A model generated the notes under the pieces. It had not been told where the DNA came from and did not search any database. It was given only the letters and a program-made list of their open reading frames with translations. A program made the translations under genes and the position numbers. From Macrostomum lignano (taxonomy: Eukaryota): a stretch of 64,000 bases of DNA. The DNA lies in NCBI GenBank assembly GCA_002269645.1, contig NIVC01001003.1:275863-339862 (forward strand), read 5' to 3'. Positions 12,904-32,414 of this stretch are shown in pieces (within the stretch, counting starts at the first letter, position 1; every line of letters begins with the position of its first letter).

Positions 12904-13626
12904 GACTTCCTCTTCTTTTCCCGGCAATTTAGAAGATTCAGATTGTTATTTCATTTCATTTAAGTAATTATATTTCCAATAACTTTGCTTGTCACTTAAA
13001 AACTAGTATAGCATTGCTATTTTGGTCTCTAGTGCCACTTTAATGTAGATGTTAATTTAAATAAGGGCAGACAGCTAAAGAAGGGCCAGGGCCAGTCTTC
13101 CCCAGGCCACTGATATCGATCGTTTTGGGATGGAGTAGAGGGGACCATTTTTTGCTTGGTCATTTTTTACAAAAAAAACAGCCCCAGGCAAAGCAATGCT
13201 GGATGCGCAGTTTAGTTATACTTATTGTTCTGAGGCTGGCGCTGCCCTGCAACATCATTTCGAGAAGAACATTTCTTGGAAATAAACCCAACTACACTAA
13301 AAAAATTATTCACTGCGCCATAGCAGCGTACACTGAACCACGGCCGGAGACAGTAAATGATTGTACATTTGCATGTACACACCGGACAGAAATGTATACG
13401 TACATCGAACCATTCATTTCTATAGTTTACTAGTTTACTGGCCAATTAGAGTTAATAATTAATTATAGCCGACAATTGGTTGAGGTCAGCATAAAATAAC
13501 ATACATATATTAGAAACCAAAACTTAATTATTACAAGCCTCTCGATAATTATCTCTTGATAAGCAATCCTCGTTTCTCAGTAAGTTCCAGTTAACAAATT
13601 AAAACGAAAAGATTTTGCTCTTCGAA

Positions 13627-19622
<5,996 letters not shown>

Positions 19623-19779
19623 ATGCCCTTAATGATGAGAGCGGAACAGAAAATACTGATCAAGGAGGCGAACGGAGTTGAAAAGTAAATTACAAAGAAT
19701 AAAAATATCTGAGGAGACACGGACTTGAGACTGAGAGAGGAAAGACGACAGCGACAGAAGACGCGTATGCAGACAAGGA

Positions 19780-22700
19780 TGAGTGAGGCAGAAGCGGACA
19801 CAAAGCGAGTGGACACAAACGGGCAAAGAGTGAGGCAGAAGCGGACACAAGCGGTCAAGGAGTGAGGCAGAAGCGGACACAAACGGGCAAGGAGTGAGGC
19901 AGAAGCGGACACAAACGGTCAAGGAGTGAGGCACAAGCGGACACAAACGGGCAAGGAAGAGTGAGGCAGAAGCGGACACAAACGGGCAAGGACGAGTGAG
20001 GCAGAAGCGGACACAAACGGTCAAGGAGTGAGGCAGAAGCGGACACAAACGGGCAAGGAAGAGTGAGGCAGAAGCGGACACAAGCGGTCAAGGAGTGAGG
20101 CAGAAGCGGACACAAACGGGCAAGGAGTGAGGCAGAAGCGGACACAAACGGTCAAGGAGTGAGGCACAAGCGGACACAAACGGGCAAGGAGTGAGGCACA
20201 AGCGGACACAAACGGGCAAGGAGTGAGGCAGAAGCGGACACAAACGGTCAAGGAGTGAGGCAGAAGCGGACACAAACGGGCAAGGAGTGAGGCACAAGCG
20301 GACACAAACGGGCAAGGAGTGAGGCACAAGCGGACACAAACGGGCAAGGAGTGAGGCAGAAGCGGACACAAACGGTCAAGGAGTGAGGCACAAGCGGACA
20401 CAAACGGGCAAGGAAGAGTGAGGCAGAAGCGGACACAAACGGGCAAGGACGAGTGAGGCAGAAGCGGACACAAACGGTCAAGGAGTGAGGCAGAATCGGA
20501 CACAAACGGGCAAGGAAGAGTGAGGCAGAAGCGGACACAAACGGGCAAGGAGTGAGGCACAAGCGGACACAAACGGGCAAGGAGTGAGGCACAAGCGGAC
20601 ACAAACGGGCAAGGAGTGAGGCAGAAGCGGACACAAACGGTCAAGGAGTGAGGCACAAGCGGACACAAACGGGCAAGGAGTGAGGCAGAAGCGGACACAA
20701 ACGGTCAAGGAGTGAGGCACAAGCGGACACAAACGGGCAAGGAAGAGTGAGGCAGAAGCGGACACAAACGGGCAAGGACGAGTGAGGCAGAAGCGGACAC
20801 AAACGGTCAAGGAGTGAGGCAGAAGCGGACACAAACGGGCAAGGAAGAGTGAGGCAGAAGCGGACACAAGCGGTCAAGGAGTGAGGCAGAAGCGGACACA
20901 AACGGGCAAGGAGTGAGGCAGAAGCGGACACAAACGGTCAAGGAGTGAGGCACAAGCGGACACAAACGGGCAAGTAGTGAGGCACAAGCGGACACAAACG
21001 GGCAAGGAGTGAGGCAGAAGCGGACACAAACGGTCAAGGAGTGAGGCAGAAGCGGACACAAACGGGCAAGGAGTGAGGCACAAGCGGACACAAACGGGCA
21101 AGGAGTGAGGCACAAGCGGACACAAACGGGCAAGGAGTGAGGCAGAAGCGGACACAAACGGTCAAGGAGTGAGGCACAAGCGGACACAAACGGGCAAGGA
21201 AGAGTGAGGCAGAAGCGGACACAAACGGGCAAGGACGAGTGAGGCAGAAGCGGACACAAACGGTCAAGGAGTGAGGCAGAATCGGACACAAACGGGCAAG
21301 GAAGAGTGAGGCAGAAGCGGACACAAACGGGCAAGGAGTGAGGCACAAGCGGACACAAACGGGCAAGGAGTGAGGCACAAGCGGACACAAACGGGCAAGG
21401 AGTGAGGCAGAAGCGGACACAAACGGTCAAGGAGTGAGGCACAAGCGGACACAAACGGGCAAGGAAGAGTGAGGCAGAAGCGGACACAAACGGTCAAGGA
21501 GTGAGGCACAAGCGGACACAAACGGGCAAGGAAGAGTGAGGCAGAAGCGGACACAAACGGGCAAGGAAAAGTGAGGCAGAAGCGGACACAAACGGGCAAG
21601 GAAGAGTGAGGCAGAAGCGGACACAAACGGGCAAGGAAGAGTGAGGCAGAAGCGGACACAAACGGTCAAGGAGTGAGGCAGAAGCGGACACAAACGGTCA
21701 AGGAGTGAGGCAGAAGCGGACACAAACGGTCAAGGAGTGAGGCAGAAGCGGACACAAACGGTCAAGGAGTGAGGCAGAAGCGGACACAAACGGGCAAGGA
21801 GTGAGGCAGAAGCGGACACAAACGGTCAAGGAGTGAGGCACAAGCGGACACAAACGGGCAAGGAGTGAGGCACAAGCGGACACAAACGGGCAAGGAGTGA
21901 GGCAGAAGCGGACACAAACGGTCAAGGAGTGAGGCAGAAGCGGACACAAACGGGCAAGGAGTGAGGCACAAGCGGACACAAACGGGCAAGGAGTGAGGCA
22001 CAAGCGGACACAAACGGGCAAGGAGTGAGGCAGAAGCGGACACAAACGGTCAAGGAGTGAGGCACAAGCGGACACAAACGGGCAAGGAAGAGTGAGGCAG
22101 AAGCGGACACAAACGGGCAAGGACGAGTGAGGCAGAAGCGGACACAAACGGTCAAGGAGTGAGGCAGAATCGGACACAAACGGGCAAGGAAGAGTGAGGC
22201 AGAAGCGGACACAAACGGGCAAGGAGTGAGGCACAAGCGGACACAAACGGGCAAGGAGTGAGGCACAAGCGGACACAAACGGGCAAGGAGTGAGGCAGAA
22301 GCGGACACAAACGGTCAAGGAGTGAGGCACAAGCGGACACAAACGGGCAAGGAGTGAGGCACAAGCGGACACAAACGGGCAAGGAGTGAGGCACAAGCGG
22401 ACACAAACGGGCAAGGAAGAGTGAGGCAGAAGCGGACACAAACGGGCAAGGAAAAGTGAGGCAGAAGCGGACACAAACGGGCAAGGAAGAGTGAGGCAGA
22501 AGCGGACACAAACGGGCAAGGAAGAGTGAGGCAGAAGCGGACACAAACGGTCAAGGAGTGAGGCAGAAGCGGACACAAACGGTCAAGGAGTGAGGCAGAA
22601 GCGGACACAAACGGTCAAGGAGTGAGGCAGAAGCGGACACAAACGGTCAAGGAGTGAGGCAGAAGCGGACACAAACGGTCAAGGAGTGAGGCAGAAGCGG

Positions 22701-22830
22701 ACACAAACGGTCAAGGAGTGAGGCAGAAGCGGACACAAACTGGCAAGGAGTGAGGCAGAAGCGGACACAAACTGGCAAGGAGTGAGGCAGAAGCGGACAC
22801 AAACGGGCAAGGAGTGACGCAGAAGCGGAC
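19780..22830. repeat. 32-bp satellite (GAGTGAGGCAGAAGCGGACACAAACGGGCAAG)n with higher-order duplications
   Basis: About 3 kb array. Identical variant strings recur at offsets of 786 and 888 bp. Confidence 0.97.
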
Positions 22831-23274
22831 ACAACACATCGAAATTTTCAAAGAAATCGACACTCAAATCGGCAAAAATTCCGCCACGGAGCAGCGGAGC
22901 ATGGCAAAAAAATAACAAAGAACACTTGCTCTCCTACCGAAAATATTTTAATTGTATTGTTTTATATCAAACCAAATATATATTATACACTTAACGAATG
23001 CTGTGATGTAAAAAAACAAAATACTTTTATATTTTTTATTTAAAGTTAAAAAGAACGTTACGGCGACAGTTCTCTATTTATGACAGTATAAATGAGTCAA
23101 ATGACAGCTAGTGTGAGTGACAGCTATAATGTCCGTGTATTGATAGCATCGCTAAAATAACGTGCAAGCCCATAAAGGTGTAAGACGTAATCATCATTCA
23201 TACGTTAGCTTTTAGTTATGTTTAATAGCTGTCTACGACAGGCGATTGAATAAGGAGAAAAGACTGAGAAACAT

Positions 23275-24070
23275 GAGGGAGAGGCTCTGAGACATGACGG
23301 GAGACTCTGAGACATGACGGGAGACTCTGAGACATGACGGGAGACTCTGAGACATGACGGGAAACTCTGAGACATGACGGGAGACTCTGAGACATGACGG
23401 GAAACTCTGAGACATGACGGGAGACTCTGAGACATGACGGGAGACTCTAAGACATGACGGGAGACTCTGAGACATGACGGGAGACTCTGAGACATGACGG
23501 GAGACTCTAAGACATGACGGGAGACTCTGAGACATGACGGGAGACTCTAAGACATGACGGGAGACTCTGAGACATGACGTGAGACTCTGAGACATGACGG
23601 GAGACTCTGAGACATGACGGGAGACTCTGAGACATGACGGGAGACTCTGAGACATGACGTGAGACTCTGAGACATGACGGGAAACTCTGAGACATGACGG
23701 GAAACTCTGAGACATGACAGGAGACTCTGAGACATGACGGGAGACTCTGAGACATGACGGGAGATTCTGAGACATGACGGGAAACTCTGAGACATGACGG
23801 GAGACTCTGAGACATGAGGAAGAGACGCTGAGACATGAGGAAGAGACGCTGAGACATGAGAAAGAGACTCTGAGGCATGAGGAAGAGACGCTGAGACATG
23901 AGAAAGAGACTCTGAGACATGAGAAAGAGACTCTGAGACATGAGGAAGAGATTCTGAGACATGAGGAAGAGACGCTGAGACATAAGAAAGAGATTCTGAG
24001 ACATGAGGAAGAGACGCTGAGACATGAGAAAGAGACTCTGAGACATGAGAAAGAGATTCTGAGAAATGAG
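23275..24070. repeat. 20/21-bp minisatellite (GAGACTCTGAGACATGACGG grading into GAAGAGACGCTGAGACATGAG)
   Basis: Tandem array that switches unit at about 23815. Confidence 0.95.
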
Positions 24071-25059
24071 GGAGATTTTGAGACAATACCGAGAGAGGAG
24101 CAACACAATAAACAACAAATATAGGTTTTCAATTAAATATTTCACAAAGGCAAGCGACTATTCGTAATGTATAAGACTGTTTGAAAAAACACATAAATAA
24201 ATACAAGTCCCGTATCAACAAACAAACAAAGCAAAGTTGAACAAAAATTAAGAGATTGTTTACGAAGAGATCTTCAATAAGATAGCCAGAGAATCAAGAT
24301 GATATGAACTCTTAGTTATCTGCTATACTTGAGATGGCTGCAACAACGTAAATACAAATTTCATGTCACTGCAAACAAAGTACAAACGGAAAATGGTTTC
24401 TTTTAAGGTGTAAATTTTGCTCTTTTCTTTGGAAATCCGATTGGGAAACCATCCTATCTCATCACTTACGCGATTTACCTTCGACTCACAACCCTAGGTC
24501 ACATATTCAACACTTAAGATTCACAACTAACTACCCAATCTTTCACAACCCTATAATCACCAATTCACAAACCTATATGTATAATCACCTATTCACAAAC
24601 CTCACATATAATAACCTATTCACAAACCTATAATCCCAATTCACAACCCTATAATCACCAATTCACAAACCTATATTCACCTATCTACAAACTTCTAATA
24701 TACGATTCACAACCAACTATCCAATCATTCATAACTCCATAATCACTTATTCACAGAGTAGCATACGATTCACACAACAACCTATCTCCAATTCGCAACA
24801 AAAACACAACAAAAAGCCACACAACAAAAAACAGTTATAATGATATGATAGAAATTGATGAGAGCTATAGGATCAATATAAAAACTTTTGTTCGCAGAAT
24901 ACCTTACAAGTTGAGTAAAACGATTAATAAAATTTGTTGCCTAATAATAATATGTTATAATTTGAGACAATATCAGAGCAGACGAGGAATGAAGCGGCAA
25001 TATGCCCGCTGAACTGTATAATATGTAGACAGTTCATGAAGTTGTTACGCTTCGACCCG

Positions 25060-28000
25060 TCAGTGGCTCCCGTTAGCGAGCTTCTCAACGCAATCCACGG
25101 CGGCAAGAACCCAAGCCATGGGGCGGTCCCGCTTTGCCAGCAGTTCGTTGAGCTGCGTTGGAAGGCAATGTGTTGGATATTGTATGCCATTCTCTAACCT
25201 CTGAATCAGTGACTAGATCTTTAAGATTTATTGACTAGATCAGCATGAGCAATGACCAGATCAGCATAAGCAGCATTAGCAATGACTAGATCAGCATGAG
25301 CGATGACTAGATAAGCATGAGAAATGACTAGATCAGCATGATTAATGACTAGATCAGCATGAGCAATGACTAGATCAGCATGAGCAATGACCAGATCAGC
25401 ATGAGCAATGACTAGATCAGCATGATCAATGACTAGATCAGCATGAGCAATGACTAGATCAGCATGAGCAATGACCAGATCAGCATGAGCAATGACCAGA
25501 TCAGCATGCCAGACTTACCTGACCAGACCGGACCACGACTCCGTGAGCGGCGGTCAGCTTGGCCTTAGTGGCGGCGATGCCATCCGGCATGACACCGCAG
25601 CAGGCGTCCTCAAGCAGCGCGGTGCGGTAGCCCAGCTCCTGGGCGTGGGCAGCCGTGGATCCGACGCAGACATCTGTGGCCAGGCCGCAGACGATGAGGT
25701 CAGAAATTCCCAGTTTGCTCAGTCTGTCGTGCAGGTCCGTCTTCTTCAGCTTGTTGTTGTCCCAGAATGCCGAGTAGCTGTCTATATCCGGGTCCGTGCC
25801 CTTGTACACCTTGGTGTGGTTGCCAGCCAGCTGCAGGAGGGACGAGACGGACAAAACTGTTCCAGGTGGACACAATCAGTTCCAAACAGACACAGTCAGT
25901 TCCAAACAGACACAGTCAGTTCCAAACAGACACAGTCAGTTCCAACACAGACACAGTCAGTTCCAACACAGACACAGTCAGTTCCAAACAGACACAGTCA
26001 GTTCCAAACAGACACAGTCAGTTCCAAACAGACACAGTCAGTTCCAAACAGACACACTTAGGTCTAAACAGACACATTTCCAAACAGACACAGTCAGTTC
26101 CAAACAGACACAGTCAGTTCCAAACAGACACAGTCAGTTTCAAACAGACACACTTAGGTCTAAACAGACACATTTCCAAACAGACACAGTCAGTTCCAAA
26201 CAGACACAGTCAGTTTCAAACAGACACACTTAGGTCTAAACAGACACATTTCCAAACAGACACAGTCAGTTCCAAACAGACACAGTCAGTTCCAAACAGA
26301 CACAGTCAGTTCCAAACAGACACAGTCAGTTCCAAACAGACACAGTCAGTTCTAAACAGACACAGTCAGTTCCAAACAGACACAGTCAGTTCTAAACAGA
26401 CACAGTCAGTTCCAAACAGACACAGTCAGTTCTAAACAGACACAGTCAGTTCCAAACAGACACAGTCAGTTCCAAACAGACACAGTCAGTTCCAACACAG
26501 ACACAGTCAGTTCCAAACAGACACAGTCAGTTTCAAACAGACACAGTCAGTTCCAAACAGACACAGTCAGTTCTAAACAGACACAGTCAGTTCCAAACAG
26601 ACACAGTCAGTTCCAAACAGACACAGTCAGTTCCAAACAGACACAGTCAGTTCCAACACAGACACAGTCAGTTCCAAACAGACACAGTCAGTTCTAAACA
26701 GACACAGTCAGTTCCAAACAGACACAGTCAGTTCTAAACAGACACAGTCAGTTCCAAACAGACACAGTCAGTTCCAAACAGACACACTTAGGTCTAAACA
26801 GACACATTTCCAAACAGACACAGTCAGTTCCAAACAGACACAGTCAGTTCCAAACAGACACAGTCAGTTTCAAACAGACACAGTCAGATCCAAACAGACA
26901 CAGTCAGATCCAAACAGACACACTTAGGTCTAAACAGACACATTTCCAAACAGACACAGTCAGTTCCAAACAGACACAGTCAGTTCCAAACAGACACAGT
27001 CAGTTCCAAACAGACACAGTCAGTTCCAAACAGACACAGTCAGTTCCAAACAGACACAGTCAGTTCCAAACAGACACAGTCAGTTACAAACAGACACAGT
27101 CAGTTCCAAACAGACACAGTCAGTTCCAAACAGACACAGTCAGTTCTAAACAGACACAGTCAGATCCAAACAGACACAGTCAGTTCCAAACAGACACACT
27201 TAGGTCTAAACAGACACAGTTCCAAAGAGACACAGTTACAGATGGACACAATCAGTTCCAGACGAACATAATCAGTTCCAGACGGACACAAACAGCTCCA
27301 GATGGACACAAACAGCTCCAGACGGACACAAACAGCTCCAGACGGACACAAAATATGAAATACACCAACCTTAAGCTCCGAGTGCAGTTCAGCGCCTGAA
27401 GAATTTTGCACGCAATGCCGAGGCCACATTATCTGCTCGATGGGTCCGTAGGCCTTCGTCTCCAGCACCACAACATCGTTGAGGCCCACTTTGGCTGCGT
27501 CCTTGATCTGCAGAGTGGAGGCCGGCCTGGTTTGATGTAACTTTTAGATTAAAACTTTTTGATGCAAGAGAGGGACACTGAGACAAGATAAAGGCGGACA
27601 CTGAGACAATATAGATAGGGATATTGAGACTAGATAGAGGGACACTGAGACAAGATAGAGACGGATACTGAGACAAGATAAAGGGACACTGAGACAAGAT
27701 AGAGGGGGATACTGAGACAAGATAGAGAGGGACACTGAGACAAGATAGAGAGGGACACTGAGACAAGATAGATAGGGATATTGAGACAAGATAGATAGGG
27801 ATACTGAGACAAGATAGAGGCGGACACTGAGACAAGATAAAAATACACTGAGACAAGATAAAAATACACTGAGACAAGATAGTGACGGACACTGAGACAA
27901 GAAAGACATCTATCAGACTGATAAAAATCCCATTGTTGAGGCGCTCTCCCACCTTAGACTTGTCGCTTAGCTTCCGCTTAGCCAAGTTGTCCAAAAACGA

Positions 28001-28765
28001 GATGTGATCAGCTGGGTGCCAGTCGAGGGAATAGATGACTGTCTTGAAGGCGGCAGAGTGCTTGGCTATGACGTCATTGATAACGGGTACAACGTTGGCA
28101 CCATCCTCTTTGGCTGGATAGACTTTCAAAGCGAGGCTACCCGTGATGAAGTCGTTCTGCACGTCAACAATCACCATGGCAACTGGGCCGGAGAAAATCA
28201 CGCTCAGCCAGGGCAGAGCGCGAGCCGCCATGTCCGAGGGCGACACGAGGCCGTCCTGGAGAAGAGGAGCACTTTACTGCAGTCACCTGACCCCACCAAT
28301 GGAATCAAAGGGTGTCACCTGACCCCACCAATGGAATCCCAGGGTGTCACCTGACCCCACCAATGGAATCCCAGGGTGTTACCTGACCCCACCAATGAAA
28401 TCCCAAAGTGTATCATATGCTAAAAAAATTCTTAGCATTTCAAGACCATACCAACCTTGTCCTTGTCCAAGAAGGCATAGATTTTATCCAGCTCAGCTGC
28501 ACTCAGTGAACCACTGGTTGCAATGGACTCAACCAAATTTTTTACCTCTGCTTTGTCTAATGCATTATCTCTAAAATAGATAAATTTTTTGAGACAATCA
28601 GAATAATTTATTTAAAACTGAAGTGCAAATTAAACATATATGTTAAACAAAAATCATAACTTACTTGTTTGCATCAAATGTCTGAAAGATCCTTTTTATA
28701 TCAGCTTCTGTGATATCCTTGCCAGGATATTGGTTAAAAAACTTGCTATTGCCAAACATTTTGTG
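25060..28765 (-). CDS. Naam: Nicotinamidase with N-terminal EF-hand (isochorismatase family); 5' exon not located
   Basis: Exons on the minus strand: 28765-28665, 28255-27953, 27507-27370, 25830-25519, 25152-25060 (TGA). Motifs IVDVQNDF, LDWHPADH, WPRHCVQ, VYKGTDPDIDSYSAFWDN, GLATDVCV, C-terminal KRDRP and EF-hand IFQTFDANKDGLVSPSD match the Drosophila Naam architecture. One base is missing at the 28665/28255 junction. Confidence 0.93.
25240..25510. repeat. 21-bp minisatellite (AGCATGAGCAATGACTAGATC)n in a Naam intron
   Basis: Tandem copies abutting the donor at 25518. Confidence 0.9.
25860..27350. repeat. 20-bp minisatellite (TTCCAAACAGACACAGTCAG)n filling a Naam intron
   Basis: About 1.5 kb array between exons ending 27370 and starting 25830. 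Confidence 0.97.
27570..27905. repeat. 22-24-bp minisatellite (GACACTGAGACAAGATAGAGGG)n in a Naam intron
   Basis: Tandem copies between exons 27953 and 27507. Confidence 0.9.
28282..28410. repeat. 32-bp tandem repeat, about 4 copies, next to a Naam acceptor
   Basis: GTCACCTGACCCCACCAATGGAATCCCAGGGT repeated. Confidence 0.85.
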
Positions 28766-29081
28766 CTGTAAGTAGTTGTAAGATTATACAACATAAGAAG
28801 TTAAATCTATAAAAATAAATAGAAAGTCATGGTAATAGTTACTAAGGCTAATTTCAAATGTCAAATGTTTAATATTTAATAAAATTGTAATAGTTGGCTT
28901 TATTATAATATATATTGCTTGTCATTAAATATGAATAAAGGTAAAACCTTATATCCTTGAATTGTCTTTTTGAAAAGCAACTATTTCAATTTTTTATAAA
29001 GACTAGCTATAAGTATAAAGGCTAATAAATACATAATACTATCAATACTGATATTCATAAACTAGAATACTAATAAAAATT

Positions 29082-29248
29082 CAGTGGCATATATAGGATT
29101 TTCTATTGGTGGTGGGGGTTGCTGACAAACCAGGGCCACAGGGAGTATCGTCTATCTGCACCAACAAGTTTGGACAATAAAGGACCTTTTTGGGGTTCTC
29201 TCTGGCTAGTCACCTCTGGCAAGCCCCTCGCCCCCTGCATATGCCACT
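29082..29248. mobile_element. Small MITE with short TIRs
   Basis: AGTGGCATAT...ATATGCCACT 10-bp inverted ends enclose a GC-richer insert of about 165 bp within AT-rich intron DNA. Confidence 0.45.
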
Positions 29249-32200
29249 ATAAACATTAGAAGTAAACATAGTTGTGACATTGTCACTGGTAAATAGATAA
29301 AAATTAGTTTTAATTTTCCAAATCAATGACAATAACTAGTAAACTAAGGGCCTAAATATAGCTGATTTTCTTTAGCTATAGATTAAATTTTATTTCAATA
29401 GCATACTTAAGCTTAGTGCTAAATGACTACCTATTAATATTACTAAAGTTTAAAATAAAAAATGAAATGATTAATTTAAATTCATGTAGGGGCCTATATT
29501 ACTGTGATCTCAGCAGACAGAAGTTAAAAAGTTAAAAGCACATGTACTAATGTATTTTTGTCTATGGCTGAAATCAGTGAAATGCTTGTTCGGTCAGGGA
29601 GGTTACTACACTTAAGTGAGCACAGCGAGCCAAAGAGCTTTGGAGTACAAGTGCCCATGTGATATCCGCACACCCGTCAAGTTTAAGACCTTTGAACCCA
29701 ACTCATTAGTCAACAAAATTACAGAAATTGATTGCGGTTGGTTTGGTATCTAACTTGTCGAGTGATAAAAACAGTACACTTACAGCAGTTAAAATTTGCC
29801 AAACTACAGAGACACATGGGTAAGAAACGCAATCGTTTCTGTCACATGACAAGCTTTTAAAAGATAAATAAAGTAAGTACAAAAAACTAAAATAAGGTCA
29901 GTATTCTGCAAACCTACATAAAAATCGTTTGTTTTTAGTTAAAATGCAAAGCTTACTAAAAATAGTTTTCGCCTTTGAACACGACAATTGTTTCAGAACC
30001 AGAATATATATTTCCGATTCTTGAACCAGTATTGGTAGGAAAATCAAAATCATAATCATTCAAATTGTTTCAAGTGTTTCATTAGCTTTTACAAGCAATG
30101 GATTTCTCGATCAAAATTTTTGAACCTGCAGCTGACAACGGTTCTGGAACTGATTCTTGAATACGGAACATTGAAGATGAAGCACAAGTGCTGTTTTCGG
30201 AAGCAGTAATATGAAAACGCTGTATTAAGTGATTCTGCGTACGCGGACACAAAATGATAGCAGTGCAGTTTCTGGACGCAGGACAATACAATTACATGCT
30301 AGAAAAAATCGGCGAATTTCTATCTTTTTTAATTGATTCAATGCGCTGTAGCTGATCCCGTTGGCCTTTTTCTTACATGTATAGATTTTGTTGAGTTTAT
30401 GGCGAAATTGTTTAGCGAAAACGGACCTCTTATGTTGTAAGTTTTCTTTTAGGCCTTGCTGACTTTTACCCAAGTATATAATTATTTTACCTATTATAAT
30501 TATTTATATACCTATAAGCTATATTTGTCTTATTTTACATAATTCTTCTTGCTCTTTTCGGACTCGGCTTACTTTGCTGTCTTATATCGGGCCTTTCCGC
30601 TAGGCCGCTAGGCCTCTTCGGGTTAATTTATTTACTCGCATTTTTGTGTCAATTGGACTGATGACTGACTTCTCGGCCGATCTTCTGCTGGACCTCTAAG
30701 GGCCTCCTTTTTTAATAACTAATTTCTGACGGGGCAGATGCTAAGTACCCGAGGGTGCTGCGTCAGCAGGCCGCAGTGCCTCGAGCGGGCGTCGGTGTAG
30801 ATTGGGTGAGAGAGACCAGAGAGATAAAAGAACTATTTTACCGCAGTGCGCCCTCATCCCGCTCGCTACGTGGGCCCTCTACCCCTAATGGTGTTCACCA
30901 GCTTGGACCTGCCATCCTGCTGGTCCTTGTGAGCGCTCTTTCTTGGTTCGGCCGTCGCTTCTTGGTGTCTCCGGTGCTCGAAGTTGCTGTCGCGCGCTCT
31001 GTTGAATTTCCTTGCTGATACTTGCTCTGGGGTACCCCTATGTAAATGTTCATTCCCAGAGCTTTACGCTAATTCCTGGCGAATTTGCTGAATTGGAATC
31101 TTCTGTTGATAGCCCTGCCGGTCCTGAATTCCTATACTAGTTTTCGTGCCTATCTGGCACTGCATTAAATAGTTACGGTAAGCATGCATTTTTTGTCCTT
31201 TTAAAAAGATTTTTCTCTGTTTTTGTTTGTTTTCTATAATTTCTTTGGTGCTCTTTTACAGCAGCTTGTAAATGAGCAAATCAGGGAATTAAGCTGCACT
31301 CATCCTGTCCTTCCGCGCTCCTGCCTCCGCCGATGAAGTTACTCAGCCATACCGTGCGATCTCGTCAGGTTGAAATTTGTAGATGACTCTGAGGTCAGAG
31401 GGAACCACTTGTAAGTCTTCTTTTAGGCCTTGCTGACTTTTACCTAAGTCGGTCTCTCATGCACTTCCGTTCTAAATAATTCTTAAGCCTAAAAGATCTT
31501 ACAACCGAGATCGTCAGCCGGTTGGCTACAAATTGAGCCTTTAGCACAAAGGAAAAATATAAGTCGCTTGGATTTAAATGAACTGCACAGGAGTTCTAGC
31601 TACCACTTAAGGTTCTTTTAAGGCTCATTTCGGGGCCGAGGCCGTGTCTATTTTATAGATTTTACACGTCATCCCCCGCCGCTGATTAGCAACGGCGGGG
31701 TGCCAAAACAGACGCAGCAACATTAGATTAGCGCGTTGCTACGGGGCAACAGAGATAATTTAATATCTGTTAGTTGGTCGCCTCAGGCGATGGTTAAAGG
31801 TCAGTTCAGGGTTCATTATTCGAGTCGATTCGCACGTCAGACCACCCGTGCGTCCCTCGGTGAGTCGTGCTTTCGCTCCCTGGGCCGATCCACGTACGTC
31901 ACCGCTGACCTTGGCCTGTTGACCATCGCTCTATCTCGCCCGCCAGTCGGGGTATCTTGCCGTATCGATTCTCCTGGCACCGCGCCGACTGACTCTGTCT
32001 GATGGCACCTCGACCAACTTTGAAGTCATCTCGTTTGGTCTGAAATCTTGGGGGACAGCGACAGTTAAGTTCTTATCATATGTATGATTTATTTCGCTTT
32101 CTTGTCGTTCTTTTAATTTCTTTTACTTAAGTGTCAGGGACAACTTAAACTACCGGGACGCGAAACCAGCCAAATCATGGCGAAAAACGTTGGGGGCTCG

Positions 32201-32414
32201 TTCATTCTATGGTCCTATAGCTGAGACACTTTAATTAGATTGGAAAATGAAATTAGAATTGGTGCAGAAATGTCGTAAAAATTTTTCTTATAAAACCAAC
32301 AAGTCGTAGTTTAACCCCTGTACAGAGCCCGAAATGTGTTTTATTAAAATCCTGAATAATACGCACAAAATGGCGTACAATACTCGCGACAAGCAGTCAT
32401 AACAAAGTATAAGG

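Noticed and set aside
29590-29700. AAGTGTAGTA on the minus strand, like the U2 branch-point pairing region
   Set aside because: No U2 stem I, Sm site or 3' stems are recognisable around it.
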